A DNA stretch of 64,000 nt from Candidatus Geocrenenecus sp. JGI 0000106-J15 (GTDB lineage Archaea; Thermoproteota; Nitrososphaeria_A; Caldarchaeales; Wolframiiraptoraceae), in contig ASPF01000004.1 of the NCBI GenBank assembly GCA_000405685.1, forward strand, positions 23,027-87,026. Reading direction: 5' to 3'. Under the pieces are notes generated by a model. That model did not search any database. It was not told the origin of the DNA and saw nothing but the letters and a program-made list of their open reading frames with translations. Position numbers and translations under genes: made by a program. Positions 46,282-55,879 of this stretch are shown here, one piece after another (position 1 is the stretch's first letter; each line of letters starts with the position of its first letter).

Positions 46282-47450
46282 AATTCGGTAACCCATCTTT
46301 TCACTACTTCTCCACTATATGGATATTTTTCAGCTAACTCTTTTACTATCAATAACTGTCTTTCAATCCTGTCTAAAGCTACCCTTGCTGCCTGACTAGC
46401 AGTCCATGCCTCCCCAATTCCTACAAGATTCATCTTATCCGTTCTTAGCACGGATCTGCAGTGGACTAAATGTTGTTCTCCATGTTTCTCCTTGTGTTCT
46501 TTAAAGTGTAGTAAAAGATAACCATTGCCTAGAGTCTCCCCTAGTTTAGAAATATATTTTTCAGCAATTTTAATTATCTCTGATTTTTCATTTTGAGATA
46601 TCTCTTTCATCTTAAAGCTTACTTGGATGTGGATTGGAGGTTTTTCTTTCTCTTCTAGAGGGGCAACGACTCCAAGTATGTCTGTCCAGGTAAGTATTCC
46701 AGAAACTCTATTATGAGATACTATGATAAGGCATGAAACATTATTCTCAATCATCTTCTTTATAGCAGTTGAAAGATCATCTTCAGGAGAAGATTGAATC
46801 ACAGACTTAGTCATTATATCTGATACCTTATATCCTAAGCTTCTAATTTTTTCTCCAGCTACTTCTCCACGTGTTGCCCTAGTCCTAGGTTGTAAGACTT
46901 TATCGATTATGTCACGAATAGTAACTAGGCCTACTAATTTATCATTCTTAATTACGGGTAGCCTAGATATACCATTTTCACGCATTAATACTAATGCTTT
47001 ACCTATCGTGGAGTCAGAAGTTATGGTAATAGGATCTCTAGTCATAACATCTCTAATTTTTAACCTAGGATAGAGCTTTTCCACAGCTCTACCTATATCA
47101 TCTACTGTAATTATTCCACATATCTGTTTACTCTGGTCTGAGACTGGTAATCCTTTTACAGTGTTTTCAAGCATTAAACGTGCAGCTTTCGGAACAGAGT
47201 CAGAAGTATTAAGTATCGGTACTTTTACTAAAACATTCTTTGCTTTTACGTTTTCAATATTTAAGGTGGACCTTAATACGATTCTGTCAGTAACAACTCC
47301 AAGATAATTTTTAGAGTTATTTAAAACGATAACTATTGGAAGACCAGTATCTCTAAATATCCCAACAACCTTACTAAGTGGATCTTCAGCATTAACAAAA
47401 TACACTTCTCTTCTCATATGCTCTTCAACACGAGGAATATTAGAAAACAT
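46278..47450 (-). CDS. four-CBS-domain protein fused to a C-terminal HPF/RaiA-like (ribosome-hibernation-factor-fold) domain
   Basis: 390 aa. Four CBS repeats, each ending in a G(I/L/V)(I/V)T..D(I/V) type strand. The C-terminal approximately 110 aa (IHIQVSFKMKEISQNEKSEIIKIAEKYISKLGE...LLLHFKEH...VHCRSVLRTDKMNLVGIGEAWTASQAARVALDRIERQLLIVKE) follow the beta-alpha-beta-beta-beta-alpha order and residue pattern of HPF/YfiA. Confidence 0.7.
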   Translation of the reverse strand: MFSNIPRVEEHMRREVYFVNAEDPLSKVVGIFRDTGLPIVIVLNNSKNYLGVVTDRIVLRSTLNIENVKAKNVLVKVPILNTSDSVPKAARLMLENTVKGLPVSDQSKQICGIITVDDIGRAVEKLYPRLKIRDVMTRDPITITSDSTIGKALVLMRENGISRLPVIKNDKLVGLVTIRDIIDKVLQPRTRATRGEVAGEKIRSLGYKVSDIMTKSVIQSSPEDDLSTAIKKMIENNVSCLIIVSHNRVSGILTWTDILGVVAPLEEKEKPPIHIQVSFKMKEISQNEKSEIIKIAEKYISKLGETLGNGYLLLHFKEHKEKHGEQHLVHCRSVLRTDKMNLVGIGEAWTASQAARVALDRIERQLLIVKELAEKYPYSGEVVKRWVTEF

Positions 47451-47584
47451 AAACCATCCTATAATTATATTGTTAATCGAATAATATATCCTTAAAAAAT
47501 ATGTGTTTAATAGCTTAGAAAGGCTTTCCCAAGCTAATCTTTAATCAATATTTTAAATAGGCTTTACTCTTCATTTATAGAGGA

Positions 47585-49060
47585 TTGGTTAGCATCTGCT
47601 TACTAGGTGGAGCAGAAGAGATAGGAGGAAATAAGATACTTCTACATGGAGAAGAAGGAGCTATATTCTTAGATTTCGGTCTCAATCTTAAGAAGAAGAG
47701 AGAGTATGCAGTTGGTTACGGATTCGAGAGAATAAATAGAGTCTTGAGAAACTATCTACTTGTAGGCATTCTTCCAAAAATTAATGGAGTATATAGAGAA
47801 GACCTAGCATTAGATGAAAATATTCTTAATAACGCAAGAAGCTTTTCAATAGATTGTTGTATAGTTTCCCATGGCCACTTAGACCATTATGGTTCAATCG
47901 CATTCTTAAGGATGGAAACACCTATAGCTGTAAGTAAGAGTATGAAAATATTAATTGAACACTCGATTGAAACCTCTGGAAGAACAGGCATCGATAGAGA
48001 GATATTCATCTATAGAGATAGAAGAAGAGAAGAATTAAAAAAGAAAATAAAGATTGAGGAAAACTTAGAAGAAGTTGAACGTCCAATAATAGTCTTTGAG
48101 GAGGGCAGAAAGATTAGCCAGGTTCCTTTTCAAGTCTTACCTATACCTGTTGACCACTCGATTCCAGCAACTTTTGGCTTCAGAATAGAGACAAATAGAG
48201 CATCTATAGCATATACAAGTGATATTAGACTTCATGGTGTCGTCAGCAAATATACAGAAGAATTTATAGAAAAAGTTAGAGATGTTGACATCTTATTAAT
48301 TGAGGGAACTCGAATAAACGATTCAACAACTAGATCTGAAGATGATGTTAAGAATCAAGTTATTATAGAGACATTAAAGAAGAAGAATGGGAAGCTTGTC
48401 TCTACGTTAGTTTCACCTCTAGATATAGATAGAGTTAGAACACTTATAGAAGCTGCAGAAGAATGCAATAGGATACCAATCCTTTCATCTAGAATCTACC
48501 ATTTAATTAAAACATTGTATGAAGAAGAGAGTAAAGTCAAACTTCCAAATCTAGAGAATGTAAAAGTATATTTTGAGAAAAGATCTATAATTGATGAAGG
48601 ATATTTTCTAGGTTCTACGTATTTTAGAGGCTGGTTAAAGAAAATCTATGAATCATTACTAAATACAGATAAGCTTATCAAGCCTGAAGAAATCTCTAAA
48701 CATCAAGATAGGTTTTTTCTTATTTTCAATAGTCATCAATGCGTTTTTGAGCTTGCAGAGATAAATCCTACGCCTGGATCGCTTTTTATTGAATCAACTA
48801 GTGAGCCTCATGATGAAGAACAAGAGATAGAATGGGAGAAAGTAGAGAATTGGATAAATCTTCTCAGACTTGATAGTAGGTGGATACATGCTTCAGGTCA
48901 CGCTAATAGAGAAGACTTACTCAAGATAATCAAAGAAATAAAACCAAACTTGGTAATCCCCCTACATACTGAGAATCCTAGAGAATTTAAGAGAATGTTA
49001 GAAAAAGAAGATATCAAAGTTGAAATCATACAAGAAGGAGAAGAAACAAAGCTAAGTTAA
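47585..49060 (+). CDS. archaeal RNase J-like beta-CASP metallo-beta-lactamase ribonuclease
   Basis: 491 aa with a TTG start. GGAEEIGGNKILL, SHGHLDHYG, VDHSIPA, YTSDIR, LLIEGTR and the C-terminal HASGHA motif. Confidence 0.7.
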   Translation: MVSICLLGGAEEIGGNKILLHGEEGAIFLDFGLNLKKKREYAVGYGFERINRVLRNYLLVGILPKINGVYREDLALDENILNNARSFSIDCCIVSHGHLDHYGSIAFLRMETPIAVSKSMKILIEHSIETSGRTGIDREIFIYRDRRREELKKKIKIEENLEEVERPIIVFEEGRKISQVPFQVLPIPVDHSIPATFGFRIETNRASIAYTSDIRLHGVVSKYTEEFIEKVRDVDILLIEGTRINDSTTRSEDDVKNQVIIETLKKKNGKLVSTLVSPLDIDRVRTLIEAAEECNRIPILSSRIYHLIKTLYEEESKVKLPNLENVKVYFEKRSIIDEGYFLGSTYFRGWLKKIYESLLNTDKLIKPEEISKHQDRFFLIFNSHQCVFELAEINPTPGSLFIESTSEPHDEEQEIEWEKVENWINLLRLDSRWIHASGHANREDLLKIIKEIKPNLVIPLHTENPREFKRMLEKEDIKVEIIQEGEETKLS

Positions 49061-49163
49061 AACTAGTATCTTTTTATTAGGACCCTCTCTAGAGGCTTTA
49101 AATAAATTAGATCTAAAGAGTAGGATGTTCTAGGTTATATAGAAGATAATAACAACTACTCAC

Positions 49164-50372
49164 ATGATTTGGGAGAGTAAGATAAACATTAACAAAGTCT
49201 TCAAGCTAAAGTATGGTGGGTCAAATCTCTACTTCGGTGTAGGAGCGATAAATAAAGTAGGAGAGATATTCAGAAGTTTAAAGGATAGAAAAATATCGAG
49301 GCTACTAATAGTTACGGGAAGCAAATCCTATAAGGTTTGTGGAGCATGGGATTATGTTAACCCTGCATTAGAAGAACACAATATACAGTACGTTTTATAT
49401 GATAAAGTATCCGCTAATCCAACTGTAGACATGGTTGACGAAGCAGTCAAGATTGGTAAGGAGTTTAAGGCTCAAGCTGTTCTAGGCATAGGTGGTGGAA
49501 GCCCAATAGATACAGCTAAAGCTGTAGCAGCATTATTAGCAGTTGATAAGGATGCTAGAGAACTTTTTATGAAGAGGGAACAGCCCCAGTCATCTTTACC
49601 ACTAATCTCCATAAATACAACACATGGTACAGGAACGGAAATCGATAGATATAGTGTGGAGACGATCTCTGAGAAAAATTATAAAATAGGCATGTCTTTA
49701 ACATATCCAGAATACAGTATTGATGATCCGCAACTACTGATTAAGTTAGATGGATGGCAGACGATTGCGACAGCTGTAGATGCGTTAAACCATGTTATAG
49801 AGTCTGCTACCAATAGGAATACAACACCTTTCTCGATAGAGTTAGCACAGCAAGCAACAAGTCTGGTTGCGAGATATTTACCTACAGTAATAGTTGATCC
49901 TGAGAATCTTGTAGCTAGATACTATCTCTTGTATGCCTCGATGATAGCTGGAATTGCTATAGACCATGTTGGAACTCATATAACACATAGCTTAGAACAT
50001 CCATTGAGTGCAGTGAAGCCTGAGATACCGCATGGAATAGGACTTGGGATACTTCTTCCAGCAATGCTTAAGACCATCTATCCTGCAGTACCTGAAACAT
50101 TAACAGAAATCTTAAAACCTATAGTGCCTGAATTAGGAGGAAGACCAGGAGAAGCAAAAACTGCAGCGTTAAGAGTAGAAGAATGGCTCTACAACGTAGG
50201 CTTAAAAAAGAAGCTCTCTGATTATAAATTCACAGAATCAGATATACCTGAACTAGTCAGGCTTGTAAAGGAAACACCTGGATTACTTGACGGACTAAAA
50301 GCTGCACCTATAGATGTAAGTATAGAGGATGTAGTTAAGATATATCAAGAGTCACTCCATCCATTCTCATAA
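49164..50372 (+). CDS. iron-containing (group III) alcohol dehydrogenase
   Basis: 402 aa. GIGGGSPIDTAKA and metal-binding His motifs (ALNHVIES, HITHSLEHPL, PHGIGLG). Confidence 0.9.
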   Translation: MIWESKININKVFKLKYGGSNLYFGVGAINKVGEIFRSLKDRKISRLLIVTGSKSYKVCGAWDYVNPALEEHNIQYVLYDKVSANPTVDMVDEAVKIGKEFKAQAVLGIGGGSPIDTAKAVAALLAVDKDARELFMKREQPQSSLPLISINTTHGTGTEIDRYSVETISEKNYKIGMSLTYPEYSIDDPQLLIKLDGWQTIATAVDALNHVIESATNRNTTPFSIELAQQATSLVARYLPTVIVDPENLVARYYLLYASMIAGIAIDHVGTHITHSLEHPLSAVKPEIPHGIGLGILLPAMLKTIYPAVPETLTEILKPIVPELGGRPGEAKTAALRVEEWLYNVGLKKKLSDYKFTESDIPELVRLVKETPGLLDGLKAAPIDVSIEDVVKIYQESLHPFS

Positions 50373-50410
50373 ATTCCATATAGTTAACAGATCTTCTAGA
50401 TTCAAGATAG

Positions 50411-50482
50411 TGGACCGGGCGGGATTTGAACCCGCGACCTCCCGCGTGCGAGGCGGACGATCTCCCACTGATCTACCGGCCC
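50411..50482 (-). tRNA. tRNA-Ala(CGC), intron-less
   Basis: 72 nt. Acceptor GGGCCGG/CCGGTCC (G3:U70) and anticodon loop CTCGCAC. Confidence 0.95.
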
Positions 50483-50649
50483 CTTATATTTGGTTGGATT
50501 AATTTCTAAAAAACTTACCTTTAATCATCCTGGTTGTAAAATGTCTACTAGTAGGTTTCATGGGTATTCGTTAGCTTTCTTATCTTGCATCATGCTGCTG
50601 GTTAGAGTTTTCTAGCTAGATTTGATAGATTTTGTATAGAGTGTATTGG

Positions 50650-52488
50650 TTAGACATATATGTATTGTACGTAGGAGTCTTTTCGTGTTTGTGGATCCCA
50701 GTACCAGCATTTATATCCATATCCTCTATCTGAGTCTAAGTTCCAGTCTGTAAAGACTATGTCTAGATCTTTCTTTAATAATGCGTTAAGTATCATCCAG
50801 TAAGATAGACTAACAGCATTTCCTAGTGTATATCCACTAGCTTCAAGTTCTCTTGTCCTATCAGGAGTTGGAGCCTTGGCGTACTCTCTTAGATAACTTA
50901 GAGTTTGCTGGTTGAAGGGTTCTAGGAATATAAAGTTGTCAGGGTTTGTATCAGCGCTTCTTGCATTCAGTGCTGGAAGAGTTCCAGGTTCTTCTATGCT
51001 TGTCCTTGGACATTGGAGATTATTTAACTCACATGAATGGGTGCGGGGATATCCTTTAAAATCAACTATAGCATTACATTGATAGTTTGTTATCAAGTTT
51101 CTTCCATGAGCTGAATTTAGTTCATCTGGCTCAGGGTAGAGTAGACCAGCGAGTACGAGAGTTTGCCTAAACTGTCTAAGTAGAGTATATAATGCTAGCT
51201 GTATCCCATAGAGGATAGCGATCAAGATCATGATCGGTATCGTTAACAGTAAAGAAGATATAAAATCTATTATAGCCAAGATTGTTTCAAAAGTCCATTT
51301 TAGTAAGTCTCCTAGATACTCTAACCATTCTTCAATACTTTTTACAAATTCTTCATAACATTCTCTAGATTCTTCTGTTAAGCCTAGTGCCATTATATCT
51401 TCAAAGCTGCACATTCTTCTAGGCCTTGGTGGGGAGGGTGGAGGCTTAATCCCTCTTAAAGCATCCGAGAGAATATCTAAGACACCGCTAAAAGGTTCTT
51501 CTGGGGGTTTTATGTTCATACTTCCGAGAACTTCTGTTACAAACTTGTAGACCTCATATGTTGCATATATATCTTCAGGTTTAAAGAAACCACCATACGC
51601 ACGGTTTATCCTACTTGGGTGCGGTGTATATTGGTATGTCTGTTTAAAAGAATCATGAAGTAGGTTTACAATTTCAGATGGTAGACTTGAGGGGAGCTCC
51701 AAGATACTGTTAAGTTTACTGTTTATGCTTTCACCATATACTTTGTAGAATTTCCATGAATCAATATAGTTCTCTACAGTAGCATGTCTCTGCATATGCA
51801 TTCTATAAGGTCCACCAACTATCTGGTTAACGTATCCATGTCCTATCACATCTGTTGCAATATGAGTTAGATATCCAAAGGCATAAGCTATCTGGACATC
51901 ATATTTTGCAGAATTTACTAGGTTAGCAGCAAACTTGCCTGTCCATCTATAGTGAAGCATATCAAACCAGTACCAGTCTGATTCTTTCTTCCCTTTCTGT
52001 AGAGGTGGAGTAAATTCATCAAATAATGTATGAAGTAGGCTTGGTGATCCCGAGAGGTTGCTCAACACATCATATCCCTCTATTACACCGCTAAACAGCA
52101 TAGTAGCTATACTTGATTTTAATAATCTAACGGTCTCATCTATTTCATGAATAAGGGTTTTTATCAAAGCAATCGTTGAAGGAGCTAGGGTTTCTACTGC
52201 CTGCTCTACTGGTTCTCCTAATGCTTCTATTGTCTTCTTGACTTTTCCTATAGTCTCATTGTACAGATCTATAACCCATTTCCAGTTCTTATAGAAATTG
52301 TGTAGTTTTCTAACAACCTCAAAGTCTGGAGCCCAGAAGAATAAATCAGGTCCAATAGCACCTAGCACCGCTGCACGTCTATATGCATACATTATTTCTC
52401 CTATCTTTTTCTCTATTTCTCCACTGCTTTTTCTAAATCGATCAATTACTTGATCTAACACGATTACATGGACTGCTGTCTTAGGCAT
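50650..52488 (-). CDS. Zn-dependent phospholipase C / P1-nuclease-fold protein with central TM hairpin and uncharacterised C-terminal domain
   Basis: 612 aa. The N-terminal approximately 250 aa carry metal-ligand-like residues in the order seen in PLC-fold enzymes: AVHVIV, GAIGPD, WFDMLHY, THIATDVIGHGY, QRHATVENY. A Pro-rich segment (KPPPSPPRPRR) follows. A hydrophobic hairpin (ILAIIDFISSLLLTIPIMILIAILYGIQLALYTLL) comes next, then about 190 aa containing four Cys. No signal peptide was seen. Confidence 0.6.
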   Translation of the reverse strand: MPKTAVHVIVLDQVIDRFRKSSGEIEKKIGEIMYAYRRAAVLGAIGPDLFFWAPDFEVVRKLHNFYKNWKWVIDLYNETIGKVKKTIEALGEPVEQAVETLAPSTIALIKTLIHEIDETVRLLKSSIATMLFSGVIEGYDVLSNLSGSPSLLHTLFDEFTPPLQKGKKESDWYWFDMLHYRWTGKFAANLVNSAKYDVQIAYAFGYLTHIATDVIGHGYVNQIVGGPYRMHMQRHATVENYIDSWKFYKVYGESINSKLNSILELPSSLPSEIVNLLHDSFKQTYQYTPHPSRINRAYGGFFKPEDIYATYEVYKFVTEVLGSMNIKPPEEPFSGVLDILSDALRGIKPPPSPPRPRRMCSFEDIMALGLTEESRECYEEFVKSIEEWLEYLGDLLKWTFETILAIIDFISSLLLTIPIMILIAILYGIQLALYTLLRQFRQTLVLAGLLYPEPDELNSAHGRNLITNYQCNAIVDFKGYPRTHSCELNNLQCPRTSIEEPGTLPALNARSADTNPDNFIFLEPFNQQTLSYLREYAKAPTPDRTRELEASGYTLGNAVSLSYWMILNALLKKDLDIVFTDWNLDSDRGYGYKCWYWDPQTRKDSYVQYIYV

Positions 52489-52490
52489 TT

Positions 52491-53399
52491 CTAATCCTCC
52501 ACTAATCCTCCTCTCCCAACCACAATTACATGTCTATCTCGATCATCACTTCTTCTATAGATGCTTCTAACAGGTGCATCACTATTCATTACAAAACTCT
52601 TAGGATCCAAGATAGGGTCATAGCATACCCATATCAATACTTCGTATCTAGGAGATAATTCACTGAAATCAAAATCAATACGTTCACCAGGGTTAAGGGA
52701 TGTTGTCCCCCGCCAAACCAGTCTAAAACTATTCAATGGGTATTCATTATATGTTATTCCTGGAATAGTTGTATGGGGGCCATGGTACAGTTCTAGCACA
52801 GTGAAGAATGATGGTGTATTTCCTTGGTTTATTACTACTGTTTCGACCTGCTCATAGTATGCCTGTCCTCCAGCTACTATGTAGGGGAAAACCATGTGCT
52901 CCCAATCTCTCTCAGGAATATCTGGAATCACTATAGGAGAAGTAGTAGTTGATGTTGTTGTCTCTATAAAAGTAGTTTCACTAGTTGTTAATCTTGTAGT
53001 TGTATCAGATGTTGTTATAGTAGAGCTTGGCGATATGGTTGGCGATGGAGAGGTTCTAGGAGTTGTGATAACTGATTCAGTGGACGTTACATGTGTAGAC
53101 GGGGTTGTAGTGGTTTCAAATACTTCAGTAGACTTAGTAGTCGTCATTATTGTTTCAGTTTTCTCTCTACTCGTAAGAATTTTACTTATTAATTCAGATA
53201 TTTCATCTCCATATAATCTGTATGCGATAAAGCCTAAACCAAGTAAACTTGAAACACCTAGAATCGCTGCAATTGCCTTTCTCCTATCTTTCTTCTTCTC
53301 AGGATGACCTTCTATAAGGGTTAAAGGGGAACCACAATGTGGACAGTAAGTAAGATCTTCGGAAGGAAGTTTCCTTCCACATCTCGGACAATAACTCAC
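52491..53399 (-). CDS. zinc-ribbon / single-TM / Thr-rich-linker protein with C-terminal CARDB-like beta-sandwich
   Basis: 302 aa. N-terminal double zinc-ribbon YCPRCGRKLPSEDLTYCPHCGSPL and TM AIAAILGVSSLLGLGFIAY. An approximately 85-aa Thr/Ser/Pro-rich linker follows, then a C-terminal domain (VVINQGNTPSFFTVLELYHG...). Its stop lies 2 nt before the start of the downstream PLC-like gene. Confidence 0.6.
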   Translation of the reverse strand: MSYCPRCGRKLPSEDLTYCPHCGSPLTLIEGHPEKKKDRRKAIAAILGVSSLLGLGFIAYRLYGDEISELISKILTSREKTETIMTTTKSTEVFETTTTPSTHVTSTESVITTPRTSPSPTISPSSTITTSDTTTRLTTSETTFIETTTSTTTSPIVIPDIPERDWEHMVFPYIVAGGQAYYEQVETVVINQGNTPSFFTVLELYHGPHTTIPGITYNEYPLNSFRLVWRGTTSLNPGERIDFDFSELSPRYEVLIWVCYDPILDPKSFVMNSDAPVRSIYRRSDDRDRHVIVVGRGGLVED

Positions 53400-53582
53400 G
53401 AATAATTATGTTGATAGTGGCTAATAAACTTATAGATTTTCATAAACAAGACTTGCAGTCAATAGAATGGTGTCCTTCGTAAATCTTTTTAAAAATTAAT
53501 GAGAGACTTAATCTTTTTACTACATTGGAGGAAGATACCTGTTTACATCAATGTGTAGTTATTATCTTTACCACATTTTGGC

Positions 53583-54527
53583 TTAGTAGGTTCTTTCTAT
53601 TCTAGCACCAATAGGTGTTGGTTTAGCTATTATTCCAACTGTTTCTACACCATATTGCTTAAATTTCATCACAATTTCTCTACGTATATCTTCAGCATCT
53701 TCAGGATAAGTTAAAGCGAATACAGACGGTCCTGCACCGCTTATACTGAATCCCAATGCTCCAGCTTTTAATGCAGTCTCCTTTACTTCATAGAATCTTG
53801 GGATCATTATACTTCTAGCAGGCTCGACTACGTAATCACTACTAATTGCTTCACCAATCATTTTTAAGTCTTCCTTCATTATACCTGTTATTAAGCGGGT
53901 TAAGCTCGAAGTCTGTTTAACCATTGTTTCTAGGTCAATCTTCTTAGGAAGCAAGCTCCTAGCATACTCTGTCTTATTATTTGGTAACTTAACCTGGGGG
54001 GTTACCAATACTATCGAGAAATCTATTGATGGCTTAATATTGAATATCTCAGGCTTATTTACATCGAGTATCATAGTGAATCCACCATAAAGCGAGGGGG
54101 CCACATTATCTAGATGTGGAGAACCACATGCAACCTTCTCGCCTTCACCTGCAGATCTCACGAGAACTTCCATTGGAAACTTATCTCCAAGAAGAATATT
54201 CATAGCATATGCTGCTGCAGCTGCTGAGGCACCAGAACTCCCTAGACCTATACCTATGGGTACATTCTTAACAAGCTTCATCTTGAATCCACTTCTAATC
54301 TCTGCAAACTCCATGACCTTCAAAGCTGAGATTACAGCAGAATTCTCTTCAGGCTTAGAAGCCACAGCTACGCTTGTGTTGTTCACTATCTCCAGAGTAA
54401 TCAATCTATCATCGGTTAATTCTATCCTAACTATGTCTCTATAATTCTCTATAGCTAATCCAACTATATCAAATCCTGGTCCAAGATTAGCGATAGTAGC
54501 TGGAGCAGATGCCTCGACGATCTTCAT
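53583..54527 (-). CDS. thrB: homoserine kinase
   Basis: 314 aa GHMP kinase. APATIANLGPGFD and PIGIGLGSSGASAAAAA motifs. Confidence 0.9.
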   Translation of the reverse strand: MKIVEASAPATIANLGPGFDIVGLAIENYRDIVRIELTDDRLITLEIVNNTSVAVASKPEENSAVISALKVMEFAEIRSGFKMKLVKNVPIGIGLGSSGASAAAAAYAMNILLGDKFPMEVLVRSAGEGEKVACGSPHLDNVAPSLYGGFTMILDVNKPEIFNIKPSIDFSIVLVTPQVKLPNNKTEYARSLLPKKIDLETMVKQTSSLTRLITGIMKEDLKMIGEAISSDYVVEPARSIMIPRFYEVKETALKAGALGFSISGAGPSVFALTYPEDAEDIRREIVMKFKQYGVETVGIIAKPTPIGARIERTY

Positions 54528-54627
54528 CTCTAACGTAGAAGATTTAATGAAGAGTTACTGATAAATCTTATATTTCCTAATATATCAACTGATACCGATA
54601 CTCTTATTAAAAACAATTCATAATGTA

Positions 54628-55599
54628 GTGGACATGAGACACGTTGATTACGATATAGTAATAATCGGGGGAGGGGTGGCAGGTCTTACAGCAGCATTAT
54701 ACGCTTCTAGACAGAAGATGAGTACACTTATAATAACTAAAGATATAGGTGGACAACTAACTTTAACCTCAAGCATGGAGAATTTCCCTGGATACAAATC
54801 TATTTCAGGTTACGAACTTGCATCAAAGATTTTAGATCAAGTTCAACAGTACGGTGCAGAGATCTTATTTGATGAAGTAGTTAAAATAGAACAAGGACTT
54901 GATGAAGTATTCTATGTAAAGACTCGAGGAGGATACGAGTTAAGTTGTGAAGCAGTAATCTTATCCTTTGGGAAGACTCCAAGAGAGATGAATGTTCCAG
55001 GAGAAGAAAAATTCAAAGGCAAAGGGATAAGTTACTGCGCTATATGCGATGCTCCATTATATCGAGAGAAGACGGTGTTGGTGTACGGCTGGGGACCACA
55101 AGCTCTCGAGGCAGTTAATCTATTATGCGAATACGACAATAAAGTATACTTAATCCATAGAGGTAAAAGCAGGCTTGATTCAAAGAGTCTTCCAGCAAAA
55201 TGCATTGAGAAGTTTGAAGAATTTCCTGAGACAATCGTTAAAGAAGTTAGAGGAAGTGATAAACTTGAGTCAGTAGTCTTAGAAAGTTTGACTGATGGAT
55301 CAGTAAAGGAGCTGAGGGTAGACGGTATATTCGTTGAATTGGGATATGAGATGAAGACAGATTGGGTTAAGGGATTTGTTGAATTAAATGAGAATGGTGA
55401 AATAATCGTGGACTCAAATTGTGCAACTAGTAGGAGAGGAGTATTCGCTTCAGGGGATGTTACAAACATAGTCTACAAGCAAGCTGTAATCTCTGCAGCT
55501 CAAGGAGCTATCGCAGCACTATCAGCCTACAACTACCTTCAAGAAAAGAGAGGAGGTGTAAAGATAAAGTCAGATTGGAGGGAAGTCCTTAAGGAGTAA
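54628..55599 (+). CDS. trxB: thioredoxin-disulfide reductase
   Basis: 323 aa. FAD motif IVIIGGGVAGLTAA, redox-active CAICDA and C-terminal GDVT...QAVISAAQG. The start is GTG 54628 or ATG 54634. Confidence 0.92.
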   Translation: MDMRHVDYDIVIIGGGVAGLTAALYASRQKMSTLIITKDIGGQLTLTSSMENFPGYKSISGYELASKILDQVQQYGAEILFDEVVKIEQGLDEVFYVKTRGGYELSCEAVILSFGKTPREMNVPGEEKFKGKGISYCAICDAPLYREKTVLVYGWGPQALEAVNLLCEYDNKVYLIHRGKSRLDSKSLPAKCIEKFEEFPETIVKEVRGSDKLESVVLESLTDGSVKELRVDGIFVELGYEMKTDWVKGFVELNENGEIIVDSNCATSRRGVFASGDVTNIVYKQAVISAAQGAIAALSAYNYLQEKRGGVKIKSDWREVLKE

Positions 55600-55657
55600 C
55601 AGTTTTCCACTATCTTAGCTAGATGGATTTATGCTTGATTGAGAAGATTTATGATAT

Positions 55658-55879
55658 TTATGTGAGTAAGGCCATGATACTGAAGATTACGAGCATTACT
55701 AGTAGTGCTACTAAAAGAACATTTAGTATAGGATATGTTAATGGTAGAGTTAAAGCAAGATATAGAAAATATGATGAAAAACCGAGAACTATCAGACATA
55801 ATCCTTTAATCAGGATCTTGAAGAACCTTGGAGCACCCGTACTCATAGCAGACCTACGGTAATCCAACGATACAGCCAT
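55658..55879 (-). CDS. possible small two-TM membrane protein (weak call)
   Basis: From the internal Met, MAVSLDYRRSAMSTGAPRFFKILIKGLCLIVLGF...LVALLVMLVIFSIMALLT. It overlaps an equally unconvincing plus-strand ORF (55623-55862). No homolog recognised. Confidence 0.25.
   Translation of the reverse strand: MAVSLDYRRSAMSTGAPRFFKILIKGLCLIVLGFSSYFLYLALTLPLTYPILNVLLVALLVMLVIFSIMALLT

Noticed and set aside
52894-53307. Poly-Val ORF (137 aa), and the analogous 27058-27414 ORF
   Set aside because: These are reverse-complement reading of the Thr-rich (ACN-codon) linkers of the real minus-strand genes, which generates Val-rich (GTN) artefact ORFs.
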